Position numbers and translations under genes: made by a program
NCBI RefSeq assembly: GCF_009914755.1
Contig: NC_060948.1
Strand: one strand, 5' to 3'
DNA from: the human T2T-CHM13v2.0 reference genome, Homo sapiens
Length of the DNA stretch: 64,000 bases
Shown here: piece by piece, positions 26,587 through 41,462 of the stretch
How the letters are laid out: every line of letters begins with the position of its first letter
How positions within the stretch are numbered: position 1 is the stretch's first letter
The notes under the pieces: model-generated
Database searches by the model: none
What the model was told of the DNA's origin: nothing
What the model saw: only the letters and a program-made list of their open reading frames with translations

Positions 26587-27095
26587 AGCTCTCCTGGGTC
26601 TTGGATTTTCTGACTCAGATTGGAATTCACACTCAAAGCTCTTCTGGGTCTCAGGTCTTCTGACTCAGACTGGAATTCACACCATTAGCTCTCCTGGCCT
26701 TACGCCTTCAGACTCAGATCGGACTTCACATGATCAGGACTCCTGGGTCTCAGGTCTTCAGACTCAGACTGGAAGTCATACCCTCAGTTATCCTGCATCT
26801 CGGGCCTTCAGACTCAGACTAGAACTCATGCCATCAACTCTCTTGAGTCTCAGGCCTTCACACTCAGACTGGACTTCACATCATCAGCTTTCCTGGGCCT
26901 TGGGCCTTCAGACCCAGATTAGAACTTACACCATCAGCTCTCATTGGCCTCAGGCCTTCAGACTCAGACTTGAACTCACACCATTTGCTCTTCTGGGTCT
27001 TGGGCCTTCAGACTCAGATAGGAGCTCACACCATCAGCTGTCCTGGGTCTCTGGCCTTTAGTCTCAGACTAGAACTTAGACCACCAGCTCTCCTG
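26587..27095 (+). repeat. Minisatellite, 10 x ~50-bp units
   Basis: Unit ~agctctcctgggtctcaggccttcagactcagactggaactcacaccatc starting at 26587, 26637, 26687, 26736, 26786, 26836, 26886, 26936, 26986 and 27036. Confidence 0.93.
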
Positions 27096-27174
27096 AATCT
27101 CCCATTGCTGCCTCCATATGTTAGGAACTCTCATATTCAATTTCTGAGCCAGTTTCTCTTTATAAATCTCTTTG

Positions 27175-27480
27175 AGCTGGGTGCCATGGTTTACGCCTCT
27201 AATTCCAACACATTGGGAGTCCAAGTGTGTGGATCACAAGGTCAGCAGTTCAAGACCAGCCTGGCCAACATGGTGAAACCCCATCTCTGCTAAAAATACA
27301 AAAAATTAGCCAGGTGTTGTGGCACGAGCCTGTAATCCCATCTTCTTTGGAGGCTGAGGAGAATAACTGCTTGAATCCAGGAGGCAGAGGTTGCAGTGCA
27401 CCAAGATCGTGCCACAGCACTCAAGCCTGGGTGACACAGCAAGACTCTGTCTAAAAATAAATAAGTAAATACATAAATAA
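27175..27480 (+). mobile_element. AluS
   Basis: Dimer with (TAAA)n tail; TSD ataaatct(c/a)tttga. Confidence 0.9.
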
Positions 27481-27929
27481 ATCTATTTGAATCTATCTAT
27501 GTGTCTATCTATCTTCTATGGATGCTTTCTCAGAGAACACTGGCTAATACAAACTGTCTCTCCAACCCCACTAGAGTGGTGTCAAAAGACACCCAGTGGA
27601 GTTTTAGGGTGAGAAGTTTACCTGTTTCCCATTGTGGTGTCATTGCAGTCATTATGAGGCATCTGTTTACCCTCCTTGCAATCCCACACTGGACTTACCA
27701 ACATGGATCACAGAGATTATAGGGAAAATGTGGACTTCCACCCCCTCTTCCCTGTAGTGAGGTGGCACTCCACTTATCCTGTGGGCATAATCTTAGAAGA
27801 GGTCTCCACAAAAAAAAATAATAATTACACAATGTGCCAAATCTCAAACATAATCCTAAATGGCCAGGATACAACTGAGAATCACTGTCCAATCACTGTC
27901 CATGCTGAAACATAACATTCCTTCAATGA

Positions 27930-28700
<771 letters not shown>

Positions 28701-29139
28701 CTTCTAGGTAATATTGACCTACACATGTGAATGGTGAATGAGTATAATATAATATAAATTCATGCATTATAAGGGGAGTATATGCGGTGCGGGGTGAATA
28801 ATACAACTTCCAGCATGAGAATGTCAGGGCAAGGAACTCAGTGAAATAATAAAGCAAGTAGACTTCAAACAACCCCAATTAAAAAAAAAAAACAGAAACA
28901 AAAAAATTAAGATATTTAGAAATTCACAGTATAAGAGAAGAGAAAAAAAGTCCAACTCTTTAAGGATAATACTCAATGTAAAGGAAAGCAGTGTGAATGC
29001 TATGTAATTAAAGATAAAGACTGTTGAGCAGAATTTAAACATTTTTAAATCAGTTTTTCACTTTACAAAATAGACAAATCATGAAGACATAAATATATAA
29101 ACAAAAAATCATGATTTCTGGGGGACACAAACATTTTAT

Positions 29140-29318
29140 GCACAACACTATCATAATTGCCATAAAAGGTAACCTAATCAAAGAGGTAATCTTATTACAT
29201 TTGGCAGTCTACAGGTCGGAGAAAGTCAAAAGTCCCGCTCACACTGGGAGGAAATTAAAGAAAAGTGTGAAGACCAAGAGTTAGGTTCATGGAGGCCACA
29301 CTGGAGTCTGTTCACCAC
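29140..29318 (-). mobile_element. MLT1 (F/G/H-like) LTR fragment
   Basis: Reverse complement tgtggtgaacagactccagtgtggcctccatgaacc resembles an MLT1 start. Confidence 0.5.
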
Positions 29319-29339
29319 AAATAATAATTCAATTATTCT

Positions 29340-29369
29340 GTCTATCACCTATCTATCTAATCATCTTTG

Positions 29370-29403
<34 letters not shown>

Positions 29404-29564
29404 CCATCATCCATCCATTTCTTATTTTTCTACCTTTCCATCCATAGCTATCTATCTATCCATCTATTTATCTACCTACCTACCTATCCACCTGCCATCT
29501 CTATTTATCTTGCATATACTTATCCATTTATTTATTCATCCATCTCTTTCTTTCTCTCCATCCA

Positions 29565-29618
<54 letters not shown>

Positions 29619-29870
29619 ATCTATCATCTATCAATCCACCCACTATCTCCATTTATCTTGCATGTACTTATTCATTTATCTATCCTTCCATCTCTATCTT
29701 TCTCTCTCTCTATTTCTCTGTCTCTCTCTCTGTCTATCTATCTATCTGTTGACCTATTCATCTCTATTTTTCTATTCAGGTATTTATCTATTCATTCAGC
29801 TATGCATTTATCTCTATCTTTCTATCTATGTATTTATCTATGTCTATTTATCATGTATTTATTTATCTAT
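29340..29870. repeat. TCTA/TCCA-rich low-complexity block
   Basis: Multiple (TATC)n runs. Confidence 0.9.
29557..29616 (+). repeat. Y-STR Y-GATA-A10, (TCCA)2(TATC)13
   Basis: Flanks cctgccatctctatttatcttgcatata (29491) and aatccacccactatctccatttat (29633) match the A10 primer sites as I recall them; repeats counted directly. Confidence 0.88.
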
Positions 29871-30275
29871 CCCTCGTCGATGTAATTTTAAAAACAACTA
29901 CATAAGCCAGAAAATCATAACTGTATTTAGATCAGTAGATTTTTAATATGTGTTCATTTTTAATGTTAAAAACATATTATGGTCCTTCTTTTAGAATATT
30001 TTGACTTTATTGAAAATAACATATTTATGTTTATTTAATAAACATTTTGTGTAGTGTGTTGTCTTTAGAAATAAGGTGGCATTATTGATTCTGTCTTTTC
30101 AGATATTGTTAAAATCCTAATCACAAATCATTTGTTTGGGGATATAGCCAGCTGTATGTCATAACAGTGAGAGGAAAATGCATACAGGGCTCATAAAATG
30201 CTTCTAAAAAGCCTTTAAAAGCTTTTATAGTTATAATGTGTATAAGTTGGTTGAAAGAAAGCCAATATTCTAAAA

Positions 30276-31108
30276 AAGTGGTCTCCAGCATTTATGGCAC
30301 CGGGGTCAAGTTTCTGGGAAGACAATTTTTTCCTGGACTAGGAGTTGGGGGAGATGTTTATGGGATGATTCGAGTGTATTACCTTTATTCTGCACTTTAT
30401 TTTTATTATTATTCCATTGTAATACAATGAAATAATTATTCAGCTCTCCATAATGTAGCATCCATGGGAAACCTGAGCTTGTTTTCGGCAACTAGGCAGT
30501 CCCATCTGGGGGTGATAGGAGACAGTGAGAAATCATCAGGCATTAGATTCTCATAACGAGCACACAGCACATGATGGGGTTTGAACTTTTATGGGAATCG
30601 AATGACTCTGCTGATCTGACAGGAGGTGGAAGTTAGGCAGTAATAATTGGAATGGGGAGGGCTGTAAATACAGATGAAGCTTTGCTTACTCATCCACCTC
30701 TCACCCGCTGCTGTGACACCTGATTTTTTGTTTTTGTTGTTTGTTTGTTTGTTTGTTTTTGTTTTGAGACAGATTCTCGCTTGGTTGCCTATGCTGGAGT
30801 AAAGTGCCATGATCTTTGCTCATTGCAACCTCTGCCTCCTGAGTTCAAGTGATTCTCCTACTTCAGGTTCTCAAACCAATGAGATTACAGGCACCTGCCA
30901 CCACACCTGGCTAATTTTTGTATTTTTAGTAAGGATGGGGTATTACCATGTTGGCTAGGCAGTCTTGAACTCCTGACCTAAAGTGATTTGCTTCCTTAGC
31001 CTCCCAAAGTGCTGAGATTACAGGTGTGAGTAACTACCTGGCCGTGGCCTGCTTTTTAACAGACCACAGACTGATACCAGTCCATGACCTAGGGGTTGGG
31101 GACGCCTG
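30276..31108 (+). mobile_element. MER1A hAT-Charlie DNA transposon, Alu-interrupted
   Basis: TIR-like agtggtctcc...ggttggggacgcctg; internal gtcccatctgggggtgat...catcaggcattagattctcataa; degenerate 8-bp TSD ttctaaaa/ctctaatg. Confidence 0.85.
30724..31042 (-). mobile_element. AluSx-like inside MER1A
   Basis: (TTTG)n tail, full dimer. Confidence 0.9.
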
Positions 31109-32759
31109 CTCTAATGGAATCACCAGAAAATATTAAACAAAAGTCCATAAGTTAGCCATAGTTTTATGATTCAAAAGGTTTGTGGCCACAATATTAATAA
31201 AATGAGCAAAATATTAATGATGAGGAGGAAAACCCTATTATATAATCAGGAAAATGATTCACAGGTTATCACATGATTTTCATGAAGATAAAGCAACTAC
31301 ACTTGAAACTTCAAGTTAGACCATTCCATTTCAAAAACATGCCTAGACTTCTGATATGTTCAAGCATTCCCCATATCTCCACTACCTCAGCCAGCTGTTA
31401 GCTCAGAGATTAACACCACAAACAGTAAAACTATTGTGTACAAATGTCTACATGTCCTGAGAGCAATTTCTAGCACTTCCACTTCTGTGGCCAGCATGTA
31501 AATGCCAAATTGTGATGCAATCCTATTTTAACAGCATAGTCTTCTTAAACACCTGTGTGTGAAATTTCTGTGTATGTGTAATTAGGATCTGTAAAGGGAG
31601 CTAGAAGAGGCCAATTTAATAAAAATGACAAATTGAAAGAAGTAACTAAAGAGGAAGACACAACTATGCTGTAGGGCTCCTACAAACTTTTTACTAGTCC
31701 CTGCTTGAGAAATCCTGAAGGACTCGTTTATAGCCTCCTTTCTTAATGCATTAGCAGCCACTTTAGCTTCTGACAGTAGAAATTGAAAGAATCTCCACAG
31801 AATCACTTCATTTTCCTCATTCTCTGTGTCTGGTTTGGCTTCATTTAGAGACTATTAACAAATATCATGTTCCTCTTTTATGCCCTCTCACTGCAGAAAC
31901 TAATGAAGCAGATTAGTTACTCTGGGAACACTGATATTGGCTCAGACAAAGCTCAGTGCCGTCGACGAATGCAGCACAAAGTTAATTTGGGTCAGTGTTA
32001 GAAATATACATGGCAGTTTTGGAAACTTAGGCATTCATCATGACCATTGGAGCCATAGGTAATATAATTTAAATGAAGCAAATGTGGCTGCTTTGCTTAT
32101 TCGTTAGCAGGGTAGCTAGGTAGATCATTTAATATTGCATTATTTTTGAAATACACAATGAGGGCTTAGACCTAGAAAACTGGAAATCTATCTGCAGGAA
32201 TGAATACAATCAGAATGTATGGCACCACAAAACTCATATATGTAGCCAGTCTGTGAATACCTTAATTTGCTTGGTACCAGTCTATAAACTACATAAAAAT
32301 AAAAAATAAAAAGAACAATAAACACAGTTTGAAACATTTAACCTTGAAGAATCATCTTTGGAAAATGCTCTAGAAAATCCACAGTATAATATGAACTCAA
32401 TGATTTGTAAGCACTTGTAAGGGCTCCAGCACACATGCGACATTGTCTTTCATCATATTTTCTGTGAATCTTGACAACTTCACAGTGATTCCCTGATAGC
32501 AACACTTTTCTGCTAGAAGAATGCCCTTGAAAGATATGACAGCAAGTATGCCTGTAACAACTGCCCAGGACAGACCATATTGCTCACGGTGGGAGTGGAC
32601 AGTTAGAAGATAACAGACTAGAAAATCATATTTAACAGTTCTATGTAAAGATTAGAAACATCATCGTCTAAGTAGAGGGGGGTCCCTGGACATGCCACTA
32701 GCAACTATCATCTCCAGAATTTTTTCACAATCTCTTATGGTATCTGTGTCCATTACACT

Positions 32760-33181
32760 TTATTATGATTTGACTTACATATCTCAAAATTTATATGCTG
32801 AAGCCCTGCCCACCCCCACTTCCCAGTATCTTAGAATATGACCATATTTTTAAATAAAGTTATTACAGATTTACTTAAGTTAGCATTAGGTCATATTAGA
32901 ATAAAATGGATCCTTAATCCAGTGTGACCAGTGTCTTTATGAAAAGGAAACGTTTGAACTCATGGGGAGAAGATCAAGTAAGACAGAAGCAGAGATTGGA
33001 TTTATGCCACCAAGAAACTACCAGAAACTAAGAAAAAGGCTGGATCAGTTATTGACCTCACACTTTCAGCAAGAGCACATTCCTAGTCTCACATTTCTGG
33101 CCCCCAAAAACTTTATGGCAATAAATTTATTTTGCTTAAGCCATTCAAAGGGTGACATGGTGCTATGGCAATTCTAACACA
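32760..33181 (+). mobile_element. MaLR LTR, MLT1B/C-like
   Basis: aaaatttatatgctgaagccct...ccttaatccagtgtgaccagtgtcttt...gacagaagcagagattgga. Confidence 0.75.
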
Positions 33182-33699
33182 TGCAGCCCTTTTTTTGTTG
33201 ATTGTTTAGGTGCAATAATTAGAATACACATTTACTACCTTAGGTAGCAAGACATTTTCTTATCCAATATTAGAAAGTTGAGCATATTTCCTGGGATATC
33301 AGAAAGTCAGGTCTTAAAGCTTATGCAGCCGGAAAAAGAAATTAAGCAACATTTTGTGAGCTTTTATAGGGCAAATGGCAGGTTTCCTACCACCTTTTAG
33401 TCTTGCCTTTGGAAAATAGTAATTCACTTCTGAAACCAAATCTCCCTCTATACTGTCAAGTTTCACCAGAAATTGGGTCATCTATTGCACACCCAACATG
33501 CAAGGGAGTGAGGACACCATCTGACTTCTACATTGTGAGTCAGCTCAGACCTGGAGTAATTCATAATCCAGGCAGACCGTTTTGATTGGAAGGCCACAGA
33601 GAACAAAGATCCACAAACATGTCTGAAATTTATAACATTAAAGATATTATTTTGTGATTACTTCATCTTTTTGTCTCATATACATAGAAAATCAATGCT

Positions 33700-33800
33700 G
33701 TACCATCATAGTTTCAGCCACTGGGAATCCAAGATGAACAAGACAGTTGCATTTCTGTTCTTCGTGGAGCTTATATTCTAGTAAGGAAAATTATTTTAAG
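33700..33800 (-). mobile_element. L2 fragment
   Basis: cactggg...atgaacaagacag...ttcgtggagcttatattctag is typical of the L2 3' region. Confidence 0.55.
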
Positions 33801-33810
33801 ACATTAAAAT

Positions 33811-34060
33811 ATGTTCTCACTCACAAGTAGGAGCTAAGCTGTGAGGGTGCAAAGCCATAAGAATGACCCAATGGACTTTGGGGACTCAGGGAGAAAGGGT
33901 GGGAAGGGGGTGAGGTAAAAAAGACAACATATTGGGTTCAGTATATACTGCTCCAGTGATGGGTATACAAAAATCTCACAAATCACTGTTAAAGAACTTC
34001 CTCATGTAGTCAAATACCACCAGTTACCCAAAAGCTTATGGAATTTTTTTAAATAAAATA
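33811..34060 (+). mobile_element. L1PB-like 3' end
   Basis: atgttctcactcacaagtaggagctaagct...aatggactttggggactcaggg...aaatctcacaaatcac; TSD-like attaaaata. Confidence 0.8.
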
Positions 34061-34476
34061 TATTAAAATAGAATTACAGTTATGACTAATGCTTTCAAGG
34101 ATAAGTACAACTGGTGTCTATGTGCAGAGTTATGTTAAGTTGTTGGTCACACAGAGGATGGGTGATTTGAAGGAAAAGCCCACAGGTAGAGTTATGTGAG
34201 TTCACAGCTAGTGCAGAACACATTGTACAGGGAAAAAGGAAAATTGAAATCAAGGTCTGCTCTGCAAGCTCTGCCCTGGTACATTGTTGTGTCTGCCCCA
34301 ACTGAGGTACGCTGTTTCCTAATAAGCACTATGCCTTGCATTGACTAAGGGGAGTACTGTGTGCAGGTTGTGCTGAGGCTATACAAAGAAGAAAAGGTGA
34401 AAAGGAGAGACAGAAAGAATGCTGTTTACATTGAGAGCAAAAAGATGAAGAGATTCACCCTGAGGTCTAATTCTGA

Positions 34477-34861
<385 letters not shown>

Positions 34862-35553
34862 AGGGTGTTCATTTTTGTACTTGGCCAGACAGGTTCTCTT
34901 TTACCCTGCATAACCTGTAGCCATTCTATTTTTCCACACTTTTGCTATTTGTTTGATTTTTTTCTCAAAGCATTTTACGATTGTTTTGCCCAATTTAGAA
35001 ATGAAATAATTATAGTGGAATTGGATGGAATCACACATACACACATTCATACACGTGCATACTTTTAGCTATAGATTTTTAATCAAAAGTTACCTTTTTA
35101 TATGTTTAGATACTATTCATGACTCTTGATGACTATATTATTTTCTTACTATGAATGATTAGTGTGTTTCTATTTTCCCCTTAATTATAGGACTACAAAA
35201 ATATTGTTTTAAAGGTAATTATTTATAGCCAGCTAGTTTTCCAAATGTTAATATTAATGCTAGCTTCTACTTTTTCCTGTTACTCAGTTTTTCATGTATA
35301 TGATTATATCAACAGAAAAAAACAGAAATAACTATCTTTTTATTTATATAGTTTATGTTACTAAACTTGTTCTTTAATCTACTAGCTAAAATCTCAAAGG
35401 TCATGTTATATAACAAGGTTGAAAGTAAGTATTCTCTTCTTTGTTCCTTTCACTAAAATTTCTTTCAGTGTTTACCATTTAAGATAGTTGCTGTTGTTAT
35501 AGGCATAATTCTGTCCCCTTATCATTCAGAGGTGTTTTAAATGTGTTTTCAGA

Positions 35554-35780
35554 TTTTTATTTTGTTTTTTTTTTTCGAGACAGGATCTGGTCTATCACTC
35601 AGGATGGAGTGCAATAGCATGATCTCTGCTTACTGCAGCCTTGACCTGACAGGCTCAAGGGATTTTCTCACCTCAGCCTCCAGAGTAGCTGGGACTATAG
35701 GCAGACCACTACATCTGGCTAATTCCTTTGCATATTTTGTAGAGACAGGGTTTTTGCCACATTTTCCAAGCAATGTCTAG
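35554..35780 (-). mobile_element. AluJ, truncated
   Basis: ctgcagccttgacc...ctcagcctccagagtagctgggacta. Confidence 0.85.
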
Positions 35781-37817
35781 CCTGTTTCCCTTTCCTTGTT
35801 CATAAAGAGGCACTCTACTTAACATGTGATTGCTGATTAATTAAGATAATGCCATTAATTAATTTGAATACATAATTAGATTAACAATAATAATAAAAGT
35901 ATCTACCCATGGAAAATAAAAATAGAAACACAGAGTGGAAACTGTGTGATTTATGGAGTGAGTACACATTTTGTATATTATCAGTACAAGTTTAAATAAT
36001 GTCTACTGAGTTTTTTCTCTTTTTTTTTTTTGTTGTTGTTGGTTAACTTAGTTGAGAGGACTCAATTCATGTTTCTTTGATCAATTTAAGTTTGTCCTGA
36101 AAATAGGGTGGTGTGTCTACCTGATTAACAGATGAAATGAAGTCAATCTATGTTCACGTCATTTGGAACTGTAATTGGTTTATTTAACTGGCTCCTGTAA
36201 ACCAGCACAGAATCAGCCCAGATTCTTCTGCCACTACTCCAGAGAGGTATAGGTCTCCTGGGAATTTGAATAATTAAAACTACTCAAGGGGTTTAAATTC
36301 CTCACTACACAGAGACATTCAACTACAATAAGTTTCATGAAATTGAAGTTATTTTTCTTTACAGAGTCCCCATCTCAGTCAAAGATGTTAACAGCTTCAG
36401 TTTGAATGTGAAAAGGAAAACTGAGCTCCAGCATTCTCAAGAAAGAAATATAAATCCATCTTTTTATCTTATTTCCTCTCAAAAGCAAGTATATGGATTT
36501 TTTTAAGCAGGACCCTTGTGTCACATTTAAATAATGATTTTAATCATTACACAGAAGTGACAGGAGTTAAATAAATGCCCCTCGTCTTATCCTCAGTTTG
36601 TACTTGCATAATTTTTCTGTGTTTTATTTAGTTGCTTTTAAAGGCAAATTTACCAAATGCTCCTAAATCAAATTTACTACCCACTGTTATGTGGGCAATT
36701 TTCTTAGCCATTACTAGAGCTGCTTTTGTTAACCTGTTGGTGCCAAGCACTGAGCTAAATCTTTCTCATATAGCCCTTATCACTAGCTCATGTTGCCTAT
36801 GAGGAAATTGGGGTTCTTAGCATTAAAAAGACTGAACAATGTTCATAATTGTACACACTAGTGCTAGAATGGAACACATTGTCTGCCCAAAATGTACTTG
36901 ATATCTGAACCACTACTCAGTGCTTTTCCCAAGATTATGGATCCTTCCAAATCAAGAAGTCACAGAATTGTCTTATTTTCTTCATATATAAACTATTGTA
37001 CCATTAGTGCATTATTCCTAAGTCATTTGAGTTGAGATAAACTCCAGTGTCCCTGACATTCTTGAACTTGTTCAGTCAAGCTCAAAATAGCCCAATGGAT
37101 AACTCAAAAACCAAGATTAAAGGAATACTCAGACTAAGGGAGTAAAACTACTTTTTTGCCTTATTTCATCACTCTATATGCTCATTTCTGGATTTGGTTA
37201 AGTGGCCATAGTATTAAACATTTCTTTTAAAACATTTTAATTTTTTATATATTTTTATCTTTTTATGTCACTTTGAATAATAAGTATGCACTCATTGCTA
37301 AATTCTAAGCTCTTTTATTTAAATAACAAATGTAAAATGAGGCCCAGCATATATATTATAATATATAAGACATATATATCTTTATTTATATTTATATATA
37401 TATATCTTTTTTCTTTTTTTCTCCCCTGCCACTAGAACAATTCTGCTTCAGCAACAAATTAAAATATTAAGCTTACATGTAGAAAAAGCTCTTAATGACA
37501 GTAGCAGTGGACTTAAGTTGTGATCAGATAAATTTGCTTGGCTGTGTACTGTTGTGTTGCGAAATTGAATGTGTTAGATATGCTTACCACAGCCAAAGGA
37601 GGGGTTTGCCCATAACTGCATACTGAATGTTGTGTGTCTATCCCTAACAATTCTCACAATATTACTCTCCTTGAAAAGGCATGGTGGGTGTGGCTTTTAT
37701 TAATTGTGCTTTTAATTTTCCTGTGTTTACCCTGTATCTGTAATCTACATCCATTATGCCTTCCCCATATATCTGTAAGGGTATTTTCCTACAATTGAGT
37801 ATCAGATTGGGGCTAAA

Positions 37818-38370
37818 TGTGGAGGAGAAGTTAAATATTAAATTTCAATTCAATTGAAAATGGACAAAAACAATGGTCACCAAGTCCTGGAACAGGTTGT
37901 GTGAACTCCTTAAGGTGTTCATTCAGCACTGTTACAGAGAAATGTTTATTTCAATCTATTCCTATATGTCAGTTATTGAAAAACAATAGAAAATTGCAAA
38001 ATAACAAGTTGACCTTTTTGTGTGCAATGAGTTCAGTCATGAAGGGACCTTGTGAATGGGCCTCATGCCAAACAACCCGTTAAAGAGCTAGGGTCCTAGA
38101 CTGCACTGAAGCTTCATGTGAGCTCTCCTGGTCTGTGCATGAATGAGTGGCTGACTCTGGAGACCAAGCTGTTGCTTCCCAGTGTAGTCATGAATCCTCC
38201 ATAGTCTGGTGAGTGTAGTATTCGATTCTGAAGCCCAGGTTGTTGCGTCCCAGTCTGGTGGTGAATCCTCCATACTATGGTGAGTGTGGTGTCCAACTCT
38301 GGAGCCCAGGCTGTTGCTTCCCAGGCTGGTGATGAATCCTCCATTGTCTGTGAGTGTGTATATATATCTC
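37818..38370 (+). mobile_element. ERV LTR (probably ERV1 class, LTR15-like; family uncertain), 3'-truncated, with a 71-bp triplication
   Basis: tgtggaggagaagttaaatattaaattt...caatggtcaccaagtcc start recalled as an ERV LTR; repeat units at 38154, 38225 and 38296. Confidence 0.65.
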
Positions 38371-38436
38371 CATTATATATCTATATTATATATAGATATA
38401 GATATTATATATTATACACACAGCCAAACCATATCA

Positions 38437-39870
38437 GTCAGGAAACGTGATTCTCTTTATCTTCTGCCTCTAAGCTGGGGAAGAGACATAAACACTGAGA
38501 TTTCCCCAGAGCTACAGTGGGCAACCCAGGAATGCCAAGTCAGTCTTACACTATAGGCAGCACTGAATTGGCAGAGGAACCCACATCTTCAGACAACTGA
38601 AAGAAAACACAGCCGCAGCTGGAAGAAAACACAGGGGAGTCACACAGCTGAGCCAGAGTCTACCAAAGTATCCATAAGCCTAACTGTCACATGCTGGATC
38701 ACCACATAAAGCTTTAACACCAAAAATACCTCACTAATATAAGCCCATGTGAAACCAGAGACAAGGAGTCAGCTTCAGAAATGACCCTACACAAAGCCTG
38801 AGACTGGTGAAAACAAGGAGAAAAGAAGTCAATTGAGTGTACTCAATCTATACTGCAGTTAAAGAACACACATGCAGAGATGACAAAGAACCAACATAAG
38901 GAATGTGGTAACTCAAGTGGCTAGTGTTGGATGTCCTCCAAATGACTAGACAAGTTCTCCAACAAGAGTTCTTAACCACACAGAACTGGCTGGCATGACA
39001 GAAATGTAATTCAGAATGTGGATAGGAACAAAGATCATTGAGATTCATGAGGATGACAAAACCCAATATAAGGAAAATAATCACAATAACTGATATAGGA
39101 GCTGGGCCAACCATGATGGTGCATGCCTGTAATTCCAGCACTTTGGGAGCCTGAGGCAGATGGATCATTTCAGGTCAGAAGTTTGAGACCAGCCTGGCCA
39201 ACATGTGAAACCCGATCTCCACTAAAAATAATACAAAAATTGGCCAGGTATGGTGGCAGGAGCCTGTGATCTCTGTAATCGCAGCTACTTGGCAGGCTGA
39301 GGCAGAATTGTTTGAGGCCAGGAGGTGGAGGTTTCAGTGAGTCAAAATTGCATCACTGCACTCTATCCTGGGTGAGAGAACAAGACTCTGTCTCACCAGA
39401 AAAAAAAAAAAAAAACAGAGAGAGAGAGAGAGAGAGATGCATATAGATACAGTAGCTGAAGGACAAAATAGCCAGTACAAAAACTTATGTAACAGGTCTG
39501 AATAACACAATACAAGAATTTCACAATGCAGTCACAAGTAGTAACAGCAGAATAAACCAAGCTGAGAAAAGAATCTCGAAACTGGAAGATCAGTTCTCTG
39601 AAATAAGACAGTCAGACAAATAAATAAATAAAAATAAAAAGGAATGAACAAAACATCTGAGAAGTAGGGGATTATGTAAAGAGGCCAAATCTATGAATCA
39701 CTGGTGTATTTGAAAGGAAGGAGGTGAAAGCAAACAAGTTGGAAAATATATTTCAGGATATTATCCATGAAAATTTTCCCAAATTTGCTGGAGAGGCCAA
39801 CAGTCAAACTCAGAAAATACAGAGAACTCGTGCAAGATTCTACACAAGAAGATCGTTCTCAAGTCACATT
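38437..39870 (+). mobile_element. L1 5'UTR/ORF1 fragment (L1PA13-16/L1PB-like), Alu-interrupted
   Basis: ORF1-like gaatgaacaaaacatctgagaagtaggggattatgtaaagaggccaaatctatga...gaaaattttcccaaatttgctggagaggccaac. Confidence 0.75.
39099..39436 (+). mobile_element. AluS with A-tail and (AG)n
   Basis: Full dimer. Confidence 0.9.
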
Positions 39871-40073
39871 CAAAATCTTTAACAAGTAGTCTGTTTCTGC
39901 AAAGGCATTCTTCTAATCTAAAGGGATACAAGGCATGAACAACAGTAAGGCCATTCTAGTGACTATCAACAGAAGAATACTTCTAGTTTTTGTTTCCTTT
40001 GAAAACTGGCAGTCCTGGTTTGAGCAATGTGGCTTCTATTTTTTCTTTTGGAGTTCATATTATCTCCTTCTCA

Positions 40074-40397
<324 letters not shown>

Positions 40398-41255
40398 CTA
40401 AAGTAATGCTACACCTATTACTGTGTAATAAATTTATCTCTTTTAATTTCATACCATAAAATTGTAGACAGGCTTTCATGTGCATGTACAGAAAAGTTTA
40501 ATGTCTATATTGATTAGTCCAATTTAAATATCAATAAAGATTGCCACATTGGGTTGCAACTACATCTGATGTTTTGGAAGCCTGAAAAGGCAGTCCAGTT
40601 AAGGCAATAAGTGGCTTAGATATCTTGTTAAGACTTTTGTGTTCAACATGCCTCCCAAATTGTGCTTTCTTTTGCCATTGGTAAAATGTGAAAAAAAACT
40701 TCTGTACCTATACACATGATATTTTATAATTTTCATGAATCCAAATTATTGAGGTACAGCACCTCTTATTTGTACCTAAAAGAGAAAGAATTTTTATAAG
40801 GAACATAATATCTAGACACAGACAAATTGACCAGTTTGTGAGAAGTCGGAATGTTAAAGGTGCAAAAATGAATTAGCTTTTCTCCAGCCACACCCACCTC
40901 TAACTGGATCTAGTTAAATAATTCTTTTTCTTTTCACTACAATATTTCCAAGATTAATTTTAATGATTAATAAGTTGAAAATGCCACAGTATTGGAATTA
41001 CGTTTGTCCTGGGCATATTAGGATCCCTAAGATGTTAGCATTGATGCCAATATTAAGTTCTTACTTAATTCATATCAAGTGAAAACAGAGCAAGTGTGTA
41101 TGGAACATGAAAAACAAAAATAATGTCAAACAATTCTTCAAGTTGGGGTTGAGAAATAGCAGAAGTCTTGATAGATGTTGACTGGAAGTCTATTGTGAGA
41201 CTTGGAGTCACTGGATATAGTGATAGATGTGGGCCTGCTATTTCATAGGCATTAG

Positions 41256-41462
<207 letters not shown>

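Noticed and set aside
26570-27061. 163-aa ORF with repeated motifs; the array superficially resembles CRISPR
   Set aside because: It is the 50-bp LTR-derived minisatellite, with no unique spacers and no cas genes, in eukaryotic DNA
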